Shown here: positions 36,027-49,332 of the stretch, piece by piece
Position numbering within the stretch: the first letter of the stretch is position 1
Layout of the letters: every line of letters begins with the position of its first letter
DNA from: Protoeuglena noctilucae
Lineage: Eukaryota
Reading direction: 5' to 3'
Assembly (NCBI GenBank): GCA_958009085.1
Contig: OY253679.1
Span: forward strand, 496,001-560,000
Length of the DNA: 64,000 bases
Program-made: the position numbers and the translations under genes
Notes under the pieces: model-generated
The model's database searches: none
What the model was told of the DNA's origin: nothing
The model's input: the letters and a program-made list of their open reading frames with translations, nothing else

Positions 36027-37172
36027 GCTCGCCCTACCTCCTTGGCCGGGCTTGGCTCGCCGCCGAGCCAGCGCCCGTCGCGGCGGGCGAATTCCTCCGC
36101 ATAAGAGAAATCGCTGTCACTGAAGTCAGAGTCGTCGTAGAAAGCGTCGCTTAGGAGCGACCTGCGGGCCGATAAATCGACGCACTGCGCGTTCTGGGAA
36201 GGCGTTGGCGACCGGCGCTACACCGGGCCGCGCGAGTGCGCAACAGCGTCGGCGTACTGCAAACAACTGCGCAGCGGCGTGCGGTGGCTCGAAACTCACG
36301 CGGCGACCGAGCTGGTTGGCGTCAAGTGCGCACCACTGCCGACCTCCAGCAGGCCCCGCTGGATCTCCCCCAGGGACGGGAGCACGCCGTCCGTCATGAG
36401 GGCCCTTACGTGCGCTTGACTCGCGACCCCAGCCCGTGATGGTGCGCGCAATGGAGCGGCGCACCGGCTGCAGGGGAAGGGGAGGCAGCCGCGACGTCGC
36501 GCGCGGCCCAATGGCGCGCACGACCCCCCCGACACGCAATTTCGTTTCCGAGGTACCAATCGAACGCAGCTCCGCCGGCAGGAAGCGACACCCGAGTCCC
36601 GGAACACTAGGGGCGTTGACCCCACCGCGTTCGCCGGCCCGGGGCCCCGGACCCCAGCTATGGATCCCGTAAAGCGCCGATTATATGCAATGCCGGTCCC
36701 TGGAAGCGGCGTGGAAGCCCCGAGAGGGCCATTCCGGGCAGACGCGCCCAGGCCCGCCACGCAAGCGACAAAGTCCCGCCTGTAGTTTCGCTTGCATTAC
36801 CATCGACCTATGGAAGCCGGCGATAGGCAACTTCGGCGCCCCACGGGTCCGCGGGGGCCAAGTCCGACGTGGTGAGCTGGTGGGCCGAGATAGCCGCCAT
36901 ACCTCGGCAGCAACGAACGCATTGAATCGAAACCGAAGTCACGACGGGCATGGCAGGCTCGCCTTGGTCCCTCAGGCGTGCGGTCTCGACCTTCCTTCCA
37001 CTCGACGCTCACAGTGAGGCTCTTCGACAGGCACGCGGCAGTAATCAAACTTAGCGACGCATTGGCCGAAGGAGGCGGTAAGAGTGCCCCGGGACGCGCT
37101 GACACATCTCTCTGGCGAGCCAGGTCAGCCCCCGAGGGCGACACTCGCGCAAGCTCAGCTTGCTCAGCCAGC

Positions 37173-38512
37173 TCATGGCTCCCCTCTCTCGTCTTCCCGC
37201 GGGTCCGGGTCCGCCTCCTCGCTCTCGGTGTTCACGAAGGGACACTCGCCCGTCTCGGCGTCGGCCGCGTACCCCTCCACGAACAGCTGGCCGAGACCAC
37301 CGATGGGGCCCGCCGTCCAATCTGCAGGGGCGTCCGCACGGCGACCTCGTGCCCTCAACCCTCTGCTGACACCCGCCCTGCTACGTGTTCCCCCCCCCCC
37401 CCCCCTCACCTCCATCCTCTGCCTCCCCTGCCCCCTCCTCCCCACCCAGCTCCGTGGCTGAGCCCACGCCGCCCCGGCGATGCCCCGCGAGGCCCGGCCC
37501 CGTCGAGAGGTCGCCCTCCCAAGACCGGTCCACGACGGCGCCCGTCAGCGGGCACACCTGCGGGGAGACGGAGGTCGCAGCCAATGTCGCCTGCGCCGCA
37601 GACGACTCGTCCCATAATGCGACACAGCCACCCGGCTCACCATCTCCCCCTGGTTGTTGTTTTCAGCCAAGGTGCAGTGCGCGCCGCAGCGGTGCACGCG
37701 ACCCGAGGACCGGCAGATGAAGACCGACACCGACAGCTGGTCCAGGCTGCACCGCGGCGTGCAGGTGTGGTCGGAGGGGGCCGCGTCCAGCATCCCGTGG
37801 CGCGCCCGCCACCGCCGCACTTCGTCCCGCACGGTGGCTCGCGTCCCAACCGCGCCGTCCCCGGCCGTCGCGCCCGGGCCCGGCGCCTGCCGCCGCTTGT
37901 CCAGCTCACGCTGGATGAGCGCCTCGCGGACGTCGGGGTTGTCCGGGAAGCTCGTCGCGAGCTCTCGCCGTATTTTGCCCACGGCCTCCCGGTCCAGGTG
38001 CCCGTACAGCTCGAACCAGCTCCCCTCCCACATGTGCCCTTCCAGGGCGGAACGGCCCCACCTGCGCGTGAGGCGCGCATAGGGAGTGTGAAGGGCGGGC
38101 CTTGCGCGCAGGCCAGCCAATTTGCCCCGTGCAGCGAGCTGTTTCACCTGCTCAGGGCGAGGCTGCGCCATATGAGGTCGTCTTTGCCGCACGCCTCCAG
38201 GCGCCGGCACACGCGCTGGCAGCAGGCCACGGTGAGGGCAGAGCAGAAGCTCAGGATGTGGCCCACGAGCTCGTCCGGCAGGTCGAGGAGCCCTACTTGG
38301 AGCCGGCGCAAGCCCGGGTCCTGGACCTCCTCGTCCCCGAGCTCGGCCAGGAGTTCTGCGCATGACACGCGGGCTTCGGGCCGTGAGATGGGCGCGTTCC
38401 GCAGCGGCAGGGCTCGGCGGCAGGCCTCACCCTTGTCTAGCGAGTCGGCGCTGAAGTCCCACGACTCCGCGGGGCTCGGGTCGCCGGTAATCGTGGCCGG
38501 ACTGTGGTCCAT
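37173..38512 (-). CDS. F-box protein with Cys/His-rich C-terminal domain (SKIP31-like)
   Basis: F-box LLDLPDELVGHILSFC..CQRVCRRL..DDLIWR; then HTCTPRC..VFICRSSGRVHRCGAHC..VCPLTG and GGLGQLFVEGY. Confidence 0.8.
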
Positions 38513-38869
38513 GCTTGCCCTGTCGCTCAAACTCAAGAGGTGCGAGCATGATGAGGCCGATTAAGATTTTTCCAATCCCCGTCAGACGGGCTTGACGTCA
38601 GGCAGCCATGTCTCGCGATCTCGAAGCGTGCAATGCGCTGCTTGTATCCTTGATAGATTACGCATGTGAACGTCGCGCCGAGCAACAAGTTTGGCCAATC
38701 TCCAGACTCCGGTGCTCCCTAGCACAGAGAGGGTCGCAAAGAGACTGTAGAGACCCTCCTCGCATCTGACTCGAGGCTTAGGGGGGTCCGCCGGGGCCTG
38801 CATGCCCGGTGTGGCTCCGGGCGTGGCAGGGCGTGGCAGGGCGGGGGTTCGACGCGCTGCCCTGCGACG

Positions 38870-41800
38870 ATGAAGGGCCGGGAGCACGCCAGGTTCACGC
38901 TGCAGGAGCTCCAGTGAGTGATGATGTTGACTGATACGTTCCGGAGCGCGCGGGACGCGCCGAACGCGAGCGCTGATCCCATGCGCACGGGACAGCGATG
39001 CCTGGGGGCGTGCGGGCACCGCGCCTGACCAACGCGAGCCCCGGCACGATCTGGACATGTCATCGGAGACGCTGGAGGGCGGACCTCGTGCGTATCGAGT
39101 GGACGGGGCTGCGACGGCACCCCTGTCGCATTCCACCGCAGGCGGCTGCACACGCTGCTGAAGCAGGCGGACCGGAACAAGGATGACGTGGTGGAGGCTC
39201 TCCGCGCCGTTGCGGAGCTGCTGATATGGGGCGACCAGAACAACCCACAGGTTCTTGCTCGCTTGCGTCCTCTGCCGGCCTCGCTCGCGGCCCTGCGTTC
39301 GCGACGGGCGGCCCGTCCTCGATGCCTGCAGTTCTTCGAGTTTTTTCTCGAGAACCGCATGATGGAGCACTTTCACAACATCCTCCAGCGGTCCCCCGGG
39401 AGCCGCTCGAACGAGCTCGTCAAGCAGACCCTCCAGACGCTCAGCATCCTCCTCCAGAACGTCAAGTCGGAGCAGGCGCTCTTCTTCCTGTTCTCGAACA
39501 ACCACATCAACGGTGCGGCACCCCCACGGTGCTGTCCATGCCCCGTCCATGCGGCACAGCCCTGCCCCCGACACGCAGCACGTCCCGGCTCGCAGAGATC
39601 ATCCGCGAGCAGTACGACTTCCAGGACGACGAGGTCCTCGGCTACTACATTACCTTCATCAAGGCCATTTCCCTGAAGCTCAACGATTCCACGGGTGCGT
39701 GGCCGACGCAGCCCCTCCTCTGCAGCCCCTGGCACGCCGCACGCCGCGCCCATCCATGCCCCGTCCCCGTCCCCGCGCATCCAGTGCAATTCTTCATCTC
39801 CGGGCCCACGCCCCGCGCCACGGCCGCCCAGGAATCCGCCCCCGCTCCCGCGTCCTTCCCCATCTTCTCGGAGGCGGTCAAGTTCGCCACCCACTCGGAG
39901 GTGAGGCGCGACCTCAGTTGCGGGACTGTCGGCGGGCAGGTGCCGCGCCCGCCCGACGCCTCTCTGGCGAGCCCGCCCCACCCGCCCCGCCCCGCCGCAG
40001 TCCATGGTCCGGGCGGCCGTGCGCACGCTGGCCCTCACCGTCTTCCGCCTGCGGGACCCCATCGTCGAGGCCTTCCTCCTCGGCCCCCACGGCCAGGCCT
40101 ACTACGCCCAGCTCGCGTCGGCGCTGCTGGACCAGGTGCAAGTGCTGGACCGGGCGCTCTGGCAAGCCTTCGCCAAAGGGAACCTCAGCGGTGAGCCGCG
40201 CGCCACGTCGCCGGCTGCGGATACCGGGCTGGCGTCGCGCATGCCCAAGTCGGCCCAAGCCATCCGCGTGCCTTGCGTCCCTGCAGACGCTGCCTCAGGG
40301 GAGTGCCTGGCTGAGGTGGAGGACCAGGTGTGCTTCATCAACGACGTCCTGGACCGCTCGTCTACGCCCGGTGAGGCTGCCTGCCCGGGGTGCCGCGCCG
40401 GACGCGCCTCCCTGCTGCCTTGCTGTGACGGCCCATGCTGACCCGTGGCCCCTTGCACGCAGTGGCGCGGACGGTGTGCGAGGTGCTGTGGGAGAACCTG
40501 GCGGGCCCGGTGATGCTGTGGCCCCTCATCAGCAACCTCCCGTCCCCGCCGTCCCTGGTCAAGGTCCCTAAGGGCCTCCCCTGCGTGCGCCCCGTGTGCG
40601 CCCTCTACATCCTCGAGCGCTTCTTCCACATCGTCACCCACGCCCGCCTCGTCAACGCCATGGCCGGCTCCCTCCTCCTCGGCAGCCACCCCGTCGTGAG
40701 CGCCCCTCACCGGCAGTGACGCCGCGGCCCAGAGCGCTGGTCACGGCGCACCCCCGCCGACCGCGCGACGCCGCCCCGCCTCCCGCAGACGTGGCTCATC
40801 CTGAAGCGCCACGACGCCGGGAAGATGATGCCGCCCCAGGCGCCGCGCAACGCCAACAAGCTCAAGATGAACTACACCCACTTCTCCAACATCCTTGAGG
40901 ACGAGGACGGGGCGGCCGTGCCCAGCCGGGAGTTCTTCCACGGCCTCGTCACGTACCTCCAGGACGGTAAGACTCTTGCCGGGCGCGGTCCGCGGCTCGC
41001 TGGCCTGTCTCGGGCGCGCCATGCCAGGTTCGACGGCCGCTCTCGCCCGCATGCTCCCAGACGCCAGCATGCAAGTGCGGTGCGGGGTGCTCCGATGCCT
41101 CGTGGCCCTCATACGGAACCCGGCTGTGGACGCCGACCTCCTGGACAGCTCCCGGATGCTCCCCCAGCGGTGAGCGGACTGCAGCTGTGCACGGTGCCTC
41201 TGGCGTGGCCACAATCGGCGATGTGTCACGCCGGCCATGTTGGCGTCGTCTCGGTCGCAGGCTGAAGATGACGAGGGAGATGATCGACCTCCTGTGCCAA
41301 TCGTCGGGGCGCGGCGGGGACGGCGCCACGCTACACTCGGGCACGCTGGGGTCGGACGTGCGGTCCATCGTGCAGCGCAACTCGAGCGCCACGAGCTTCG
41401 GGCGAGTGGCTGGTCTCGGAGGCGTCGAGGAGTCGCAACGCAGCCGACGCAGCCGCCACGGACGCGCCGTGTCTGCGTGGCCGCAGGTACTACTTAGCGG
41501 AGTCGACGAGGGACGTGGCGAGCGTGTCGAGCCGCATCGCGCCCATCCACGCGCGCGCCGAGAGCTCCGTGTCGATGGACGTGGACGCCCTTCTCGGGGC
41601 CATCGTCCACATGCACCTGGACGGCAGCCGCGGCACCGCCTCTGCCGCGCGGGGCAGCGCGTCGCGCAGCGTGCTGGAGGCGGAGCTGGAAGACGGGTCC
41701 GAGGTGGGGCGTGCTGCGCGCGAGGATCTGAGACGAGGGTGGCGTCGCGCCCCGCCTGCCGGCATCCCACGATGCCCCAAGTTCCCGCCTCCTCCTCCGC

Positions 41801-43444
41801 AGTCCATCAGCCTCCCCGACGAGCTCCTCCGCGTCATGGTCTCCATCGACGTGCCCTCCGTCATCCTCACTCTCCTCTCCTGGCTCCTCCGGCAGCTCCT
41901 GCCCGCCAGCAAGGGCGGCCGGGGCCCCTCGGTCCTCTCCACCACCCGCCGCGAGGCCTTGGAGCAGGCGCTGCGGGCGGCGCAGGAGGGAGTTCAGGGG
42001 GAGCTTAAGGGGGCGTTCGCGGACACGCTGCCCCTGCTGGTCCACATGTCCTGGATCCAGTGCCGGCAGCGCATCGTCAACCCCCACCTCCCCTCGACCT
42101 GCGAGTCCCTCTTGTGGCCGGCCATCTGCGGGCGACCGGGGAAGGGCGGGCCCTCCCCGGGCGCCTCGGGCCTCCAGGTGGGGCGCAAGAGGCCGCGCCC
42201 GCGAGGGTTGGGTCGAAATGCGCTGCGGAGGTGTCGTGGGCTGCATGCCGGGCTGCATGCGTGACCCCGCGCCTGCCGGCCGCCCTGCCCGCAGCTGGTG
42301 GCGGAGAGAGTCCAGCGCCTCGTGGTCATGGCCCAGGCCCACCAGCTCCTCTGCTTCGGCCGCGTGTCCCTCGACGCCCCCGTCCCTGGCGCCCCCTCGG
42401 TGCCCCGCCCGCTCCTCAAGGACGGCTCCCCCGTGCAGCCCCCCGCCAACGCCATCCCGGCCAAGGTGTCTTTCAAGGCCGCGGAAATCACCCCCGTCAT
42501 GTTCTTCACCGGCAAGTGGGCGCGCCGTCTTGACTCCTGCCCAGGCCGGCGCCCACCTCCTGCCGCTCGCGTGCGCATCCCCTTGTCATCGTCAGCGCCG
42601 CCAGCTTTCGTGTCCCGCAGCGGGGCAACACGTGGAGCCCGGGCCCTCTGCGACGGAGCCCCCCATGGTCGTGCTGTCGTCCCGCCCCGCGTCCGGGAAT
42701 GCGGGCGCGGAGGTGGTCTCCACGGCGCCCCTGCTGGGCTCCAAGGTCACGTCGGACGCCAGGCACCCGGTGTGGCTGCACGTGCACGTGCGCCCGCCCA
42801 TACGCAACGTGGCCCGCGCTGCCCAGGACGCGTTTGAGTCCCCGGTGGGGCGCGTGGTGCTGAAGAGCGAGTACCTCGTCGAGGGGCACTGGGTGCTCGC
42901 CATGACGGACCCGTCGGTGAGAGATGAGCCGCGAGTGCCCTGGCCAGCCACCGCGTCTGTCCACCTCCCCCTGCGACCCTGCGACCCTGCGCGCCGTTCC
43001 TGTGACCGCAGCACGTCACGGCCGCGGTCGAGATGGTGCAGCGCCACGCGGAAGAGGTCCTGGCGTCGTGCGCCAGCGCCCTGGCCCCTCTCACGTCCTT
43101 GTCCGAGTTCCAGCGATGGGGGCCAGGGTCGTCGGCCCAGGCGCAGGGGGAGGCGCGCGGAGACCACGACTCCTCACCGCAGGCGAGGGGCGAGGGAATG
43201 GGACTGTCGGCGCGCACAGCGGATGGCGCCGCGAGCGCTTGGCCCCTGGCCCTCGCCCACCGCTCGTGTGGCTACCCCGCCCCAGATCCGCCGCGAAGGG
43301 ACCGTGGTGCAGTTTTCCGAGCCTGCCGCGGGGGAGCGGGCCTTGCAAAACAGGAACCGCTCGGCACCCACGTCCCCGGCTACGCACCCGCAACTCGTCC
43401 GCGACACCACGGCACCGGCGGGCGACGCTGCGGCATCGCGGTAG
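38870..43444 (+). CDS. TT9: FPL-domain protein of the CLEC16A/GOP-1/TT9 (GFS9) family
   Basis: VVEALRAVAELLIWGDQNNPQFFEFFLENRMM..QTLQTLSILLQNVKSEQALFFLFSNNHIN..YDFQDDEVLGYYITFIKAISLKLN..SMVRAAVRTLAL; C-term HPVWLHVHVRP..GHWVLAM. Confidence 0.93.
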
Positions 43445-43611
43445 CACTGGAGATACCCTGGCACCGCCGCGCCCCTTTCGTTCTTCGCACGCGGCCCATG
43501 GTCAAGAAAATGCACGATTGTCGACGAGTTTAAAGGCAGAGGTGCTAGGGTATAGAAGGGGGCGCAGGAGAGGGGCGCAGGAGAGCAGCAGGGGGGGCAG
43601 CATAGGCAAGG

Positions 43612-44321
43612 TTACTTTTGCTTGCTTGGCCGCCGGCGAGTCATCACCGCTTTCTCCGCGAGGGGCTGGCTCACGTTCCAAGTGCGCTCAAAGGTGTCAA
43701 CCGTCCACTTGCCTTGAATGCTGCGGGAGGGAGCACGCGGGAGGGAGCACGCGGGAGGGAGCACGCCAGGCTTTGTGTGCCTGGAGCCAGCTGGAGCCGG
43801 TCGGAAAGAGCAGCGTCGGCCTGCAGCGCTCACCTGGGCCGGCTCGACACGACGCGCTTCGACACTTGCGCCTGGGATGACCGGCCCGTGTTGCACCTCA
43901 GCATGTGCGCCCACTTGGCGACAAAGGCCGCGTCCTCGTTCCGCGTGCCCACCGTGTGCGTGGTGCCGGAGAGGTACTGCGGGGCGGTGCGGGAGTCGAC
44001 TCGCTATCAGGAGGTGCCGACCGACAGCAGCCCCTTTCTGGATGCGCGCGGCCCTCGCCTTGGCCTGGATGACGGGCTCGCACCCGTGCCGCATCTCCAC
44101 GTGGACGTTCATCTGCGTGTTCGCCTCCGTGAACTGCTTCACGCCCTTCACGAGGAACTCCCTGAGCGAAGCAGCGGAACGCACGTCGTCGACGCGCGGC
44201 GAGCCGGCCGGAAGCCGCGCGCGACGGGCAAGGACACGCACCTCATCCCCCGGGAGCTCCCGCCCCAGTCGCAGTACCGGAACACCATCTCCTTGCACTG
44301 CCACACGCCATACCGGGCCAT
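43612..44321 (-). CDS. MRPL43: Mitochondrial ribosomal protein mL43
   Basis: MARYGVWQCKEMVFRYCDWGGSSRGMREF..RHGCEPVIQAKYLSG..SRPSIQGKWT. Confidence 0.93.
43723..43766. repeat. 14-nt tandem repeat (gcgggagggagcac x3) in an mL43 intron
   Basis: Three identical adjacent copies visible. Confidence 0.85.
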
Positions 44322-44635
44322 GGCGGGCGCCAGCCGATGGCGCGCGGCCCTGCCGGGCGCGGCCTCCCAGTCGAGGCCCCCTCCCCCCCTGACGCGCGAA
44401 AGGAGATCGGCCGGACTTCGCCGATGCGCAGGGACCACTTCGCTCTTCCGCTGGCCCCGGCAGTCTCCTCGAAAGGCCGCACCCAGCTCGACGACTGGCA
44501 TCTTTCTGTCAGAGAACTGAGCGCCGTCACTCTGGCCCGGGCGTCGCCGGACCCCCCTTTCCTGAATCGTTTCTTGTCGCGGGTGGGAGGACATCAATGG
44601 AGTTGTAGGCAGGGGGGGAAGCGTGAACGACCACG

Positions 44636-46062
44636 ATGAGCACGCTCGGGAAATTTGCGTTGCTCGACGAGGACCACGAGGATGTGGGGGCCCTCGCAGA
44701 GAAGCTCGCCAAGGAGAAGCAGGAGGCCGAGCGCAAAGCCGCTCAAGCCGCGAAGGCGGCGGCAGCTGCGGAGGGTGAGCCGTTTCCGCGAGGGGGCGTC
44801 GAGCAGCGGTGCCCCCCGGTGCCCCTCGTGTAGTTTGCCCCTGCCCCATCCGGGGTCGATCGGGCTCAGGGGGGCCGGCCGTCTCAGGGCCCGGGGGCCT
44901 TCGTCCGCATCCCCTGCGCCCGGGAAGGGGCGGCCCCCTTCCGCGGGGCCCTCCGACACGCCTCATCGCGCGATGATCGCGATTGGGTCCCGCCTGGGCC
45001 TGGTATCAGCGCGCGGATGCCCCGGGCTGCTGGCTCGAGTTGCTTTGGTACCAGCTGGCCGCTGGGCCCCGACCCGCGCCGTGGAGTCCCCCCTTGCTGT
45101 CCCGGAGCGCGCTACCTCGGCATCGCACATGTTTCCGTCCCCGGGGGGTCCTTTCGCCCTCTGGTCGCGGCCATCGACGCGGCTTTGCGCAGCCCGACGG
45201 CTCCCCGGGCCCCCGGCGCCCCCGGGGTCCCGGGACTTGCCCCGCAGCGCCCGTGCGCATTCTGGATTCTTTGCCCGCGGGCACGGGGACACGGGGGGCG
45301 CTTGGCGGCTCGCGGGAGGGGAGGGGGCGGTTTTCCCGGTCTCTCATCGCGCCGGGGCTTCCTCCGCCCGCAGCTCGCAACAAGACCGCAGCGTCGGGAG
45401 GACGTGGTGGCGGTCGGGGGGGCAGGGGGCCCTCGCGTAACGGCCCCGCGCCGGAGTCGGCCGATGACCTGGCCCGGCCTGAAGGCGAGAGCGCTGCGTC
45501 CCTGCGACCTCTTGCGTGTCGCCCCGTCGTCTCGGGACTTGCGTGTTACGTCGACGCATGCGGGTCGCCAAGGGGGGGCACGCGGACGCAGCCGCGTCGC
45601 CTAACGACCGGGTTTGACTGGGAGGGGTCCTTTTCCGGGACCCGCGGCCGCGACCCGGCGCCGACGTCCTGCCCTCGCTCTCCGTGACGCAGGCCGTGGT
45701 CGTGGTCGCGGCGAGCGCCGCGGGGGCCGCGGCGGCCGCTTCGGGGACCGCGCCCCGGGGGAGGGCTACGAGCGGCGCGAGCGTGTCGAGGGCGGCGAGC
45801 GGCCCGACAGGCCCGAGCGGTTCGAGCGCAGGGAGCGCCCCGAGCGCGCTGAGGGCGGCGAGCGCCCCGAGCGCGGCGACCGTCCGGAGCGTGGCGACCG
45901 CCCCGAGCGTGGCGACCGGTCGGAGCGCCGGGAGCGCCGCGAGTACGAGCGCCGCGACGGCACGGGCCGCGCCCACGAGGGCCACAAGCGGGGCGGCGCT
46001 GGCAAGGGCAACTGGGGCGTGACCACGGAGGAGGGCGCCCCGGAGGGCGCCAAGCCCGAGGA
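44636..46062 (+). CDS. Stm1/SERBP1/HABP4-family RGG RNA-binding protein; 3' end lost in the gap
   Basis: MSTLGKFALLDED N-terminus; RGG boxes; 18-nt ERGDRP repeats; RREYERRDGTGRAHEGHKRGGAGKGNWG signature. Confidence 0.9.
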
Positions 46063-46262
46063 NNNNNNNNNNNNNNNNNNNNNNNNNNNNNNNNNNNNNN
46101 NNNNNNNNNNNNNNNNNNNNNNNNNNNNNNNNNNNNNNNNNNNNNNNNNNNNNNNNNNNNNNNNNNNNNNNNNNNNNNNNNNNNNNNNNNNNNNNNNNNN
46201 NNNNNNNNNNNNNNNNNNNNNNNNNNNNNNNNNNNNNNNNNNNNNNNNNNNNNNNNNNNNNN
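46063..46262. other. Assembly gap (200 N) hiding the 3' ends of two convergent genes
   Basis: Run of N. Confidence 1.
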
Positions 46263-49200
46263 GCCCGGCGATCATGGCCCCCGTCCCGGGGAGCGGGGCG
46301 CCATCATCGTGCCCGCACCAGACGACACAGGTGGCCTTGGAGGTGTAGCCGGCGAACCACGCGTCCCTGCAGCACAGCGAAACCCACACCTTGCTCTTGT
46401 GCGTTGCTGAGCCACCATGCACGTGGGGGTCACTCCACACCGCCCTGCGCTAACCCCGCACCTGTAAGCATCGCTCGTGCCAGTCTTCCCCGCCACCTGC
46501 CCCGCACCCCACCCCCGGAGCAAGTCCCGCCCCAGGCTCCTCCCGGCCGCCTCCACCAGGCACGCATGGAGCTCCCGGCACGCGTGGGCCGACACGACAC
46601 GCTCGCGCGCGTGGGCCGCCCGCGCCATCACCTCCCCGCTGGCGTCCTCCACGCACACGACGCAGTGCAGGGGGCTCGCGAACCCACGCGCCCCCACCGC
46701 GTTGAACACGGCCGCCAGTTCCACCGGAGCCATCTCGCTCGCCCCCAGGCAGAGTGAGAGCGTGGCGCGCAGGGGGCTCCGAACACCCAGCCTCCTCGCC
46801 AGCCCCGCCACGGCGTCCACGCCCACGGCCGTGCCCACCTTGACGGTCGGGATGTTGAGCGACTCGGCCAGCGCCTGCCGCGCCGTCACCCGGCCCCGGA
46901 AGCCGCGGCTGTAGTTGGCCGGGGTGTAGTCCCCCTCGAGCAGCCCGGGCCCCTCGTCCCCGTCATCGCCACCCCCTGCCCTCACGCGCTGCCACGACAC
47001 GCCCGCGTTCCCCGCCCCCCGCCTTGCCGACAGCAGGCGCTGCACCGACCCCCGCGGAACCGCCCAGCCGACCTCGCCTGCCCCGCTGTCTCCTTCCTCC
47101 AGGGTCCCCGCCGGCTCCACCCCCGTCAGGTACCGCCGCCGTAGGGCGTCGTCGCGCTGGGCCAGTTCGGCATCCAGCTCTCCCCTCGGCATCACCCGCC
47201 AGGCCCCGGACGTCTCTTTGCGGAACAGCACGTCCTCGTCGACCAGCACGCTGTCGGCGCGCAGCAGGCCCCGGTCAAAGGCCGCCAGGTAGACGGCGGG
47301 CTTAAAGGCGCTCCCCGGGGCACGCCGGGCGTCCGTGGCGCGGTTGAAGGACGACGCGGCGAAGTCGCGAGAGCCGACGACCGCCCGCACTTCGCCGCCC
47401 CCGGGGGACACCACCACCGCAGCCGCCTGGCAGGGGGGCTGGCGGCGCCAGGGGGCGTGAGGCCCTACATCCTCCTTCACCAGCGCCTCCACGGCCTCCT
47501 GCGACCCGGGACCACCGTGCCATTGCACGCACAGCTCTGGCACACGCTCGCGGCGCTGGGCAGCGGACCAGGGCGCACCTGCAGGTCGAGGTGGACGGTG
47601 GTGCGGACACGCAGGCCGCTCGCCCGGGCCAGGCGCTCCTCGCCCAGCAGCGTGCGGAGCTCGAAGAGGGCCTCCTTGACGAAGAAGGGGGCGCGGTGGG
47701 GGCTGCCACGCCGGGGCATCCTCTGAGGCGGTACGCCTGCGGGGCCGAAGCAGAGCGCGCATGACTCAGCGCCTCTGCCGCACGGCAGAGGGTGCGGAGC
47801 GAAGTGTGCAGTATCTTGTCACCTTTGCGTGGGTACGGAGACCGCGTGGGAGGTGCGTCCGCGGACTTGTACAGGAGCGAGTGGGGCAGCCCCAGGGCCG
47901 CGATGCGCTTGGCTTCGTTGCGTGAGATGACCCGCATCTGGGCCATGCAGTCCAGCACCTGGAGCCGGCCTGCGAGCAAGGCAAGGGGCAGCACGACATG
48001 GAGACGCTGGTCAGATACAGCGAGCGCTGCAGGGCGCGCGAGCGGCGAAGTGGGACCAGGGAGGCTCAGCAGACGGCTACCCATCAGAGCAGCCCCGCAT
48101 GCCCGTCACCCCGGTTGCCGGCGGCAGGGGAGTGGAAGGGCGTGCGATGCTCGGGTCCCGGGAGCATGCCGGCGAGCGTGGCAGCCTCGTTCAAGTCCAG
48201 GTCCGCCGGGCTCTTGCCAAAGTAGGCGGCCGCCGCCCCTGCCACGCCGTAGATGCCGTGGCCCCAGTAGACCGCGTTGAGGTAGTGCTCTGCGCCCACA
48301 ACGTGGTCCCGCGTTCTCACGCGGCGCAGGGCAGCCGGCGGGCGCAAGCGTGCAACCCGCGCAGTCGCCAGCATGCGCACCCAGGATGTCGTGCTTGGCC
48401 ATGTGCTGCTCCAGGACCAGGGACAGGTAGAGCTCGGCGGCCTTGCGCGAGAGGGTGCGCGAGGGCGACAGCAGCGCGTTCTTCACCACCTGCTGCGTGA
48501 TGGTGGACCCGCCCCCCAGGCGCCCCAGGGACAGCACGGCCCGGGCCATCCCACGGGGGTCCACGCCCGCGTGCTGGAAAAAGCGGCGGTCCTCGCTCGC
48601 CAGGACTGCGGAGGGTCAAGCAGGCGTGCGCTGCTGGTCGGGCCCCTCCGCACACAACCACCAGCGCAACAATCTCGCAGCTGGGTCAGGTGCTAATGAG
48701 GGTCCCGGCTGGCAGGTCCCGTGCATCGTCCCAGTCCTTACCGGCGCTCTGCATCGCCCATGACACCCTGTTGAGGGGGACAGACTGCTGGGAGAAGGCA
48801 GCCACCAGGCGCCCGTGCATGTCCAGCAGCACGTTTGGCTGGCCCGAGGAGGCTCCCGCGGCTGAGCCCGGGTCGGGCCGGCCTCTGTCCAGCAGCGCCC
48901 GCCACCTGCAGCGGCCACGCAAAACGACGCTCGCGCTTAGGCCGCCCCGCAGCGTGGCAGCCACAGGCGAGACACTGTCTTCAGGTCACCGCACCTGCCC
49001 TCCCATCCGGGGCCCATGCTCCCCAGGAAACGAGCGCCGTCCCACGCGAAGAAGACGGCCATGAGGCCCATCAGCAGCGCGGCACTCCTCCGCAGAACGT
49101 GACTCGCGACGTGCTTCCCACCGCCCCCCCCTGAGCCACGGTTGCCCCCAAGTACGTAGTCCTCTCCAGCGTTAACTGCAAGACGCAGGACCCTCAGGGA

Positions 49201-49332
49201 CCGCCGGCTGCGACATGGCCGGCTCCGACACCTCCGCCACCCGGGGCGTATGCCTGGCCAAGCTGGTGGCGGGTGCAGGGACGCACACGCTGGGGGCAGG
49301 ATCTGGAACAACTTGTTGACCTTGCCCTCCAT
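46263..49332 (-). CDS. Class A bifunctional penicillin-binding protein (PBP1A-like); 3' end in gap, start uncertain
   Basis: Transglycosylase motifs EDRRFFQHAGVD, GGSTITQQVVKN, RKAAE, YLNAVYWG, GVAGAAAAYFGK; transpeptidase motifs GSAFKP (SxxK), SLN (SxN), GKTGTS (KTG), DAWFAGYT; N-terminal hydrophobic anchor; spliceosomal introns. Confidence 0.95.

Noticed and set aside
36978..38564. Long ORF-track entries such as the 528-aa plus-strand ORF
   Set aside because: Antisense shadows of real spliced genes; high GC content makes stop codons rare.
45760..45945. Regular 18-nt repeats
   Set aside because: They encode ERGDRP-type repeats in the Stm1/SERBP1 protein; no spacers or cas genes, so not CRISPR.
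1924..49332. Bacterial-type genes (cobB, btuF, yeeE, PBP) as contamination or a transferred island
   Set aside because: All carry host-style introns and codon bias, are dispersed among eukaryotic genes and have no mobility genes nearby.
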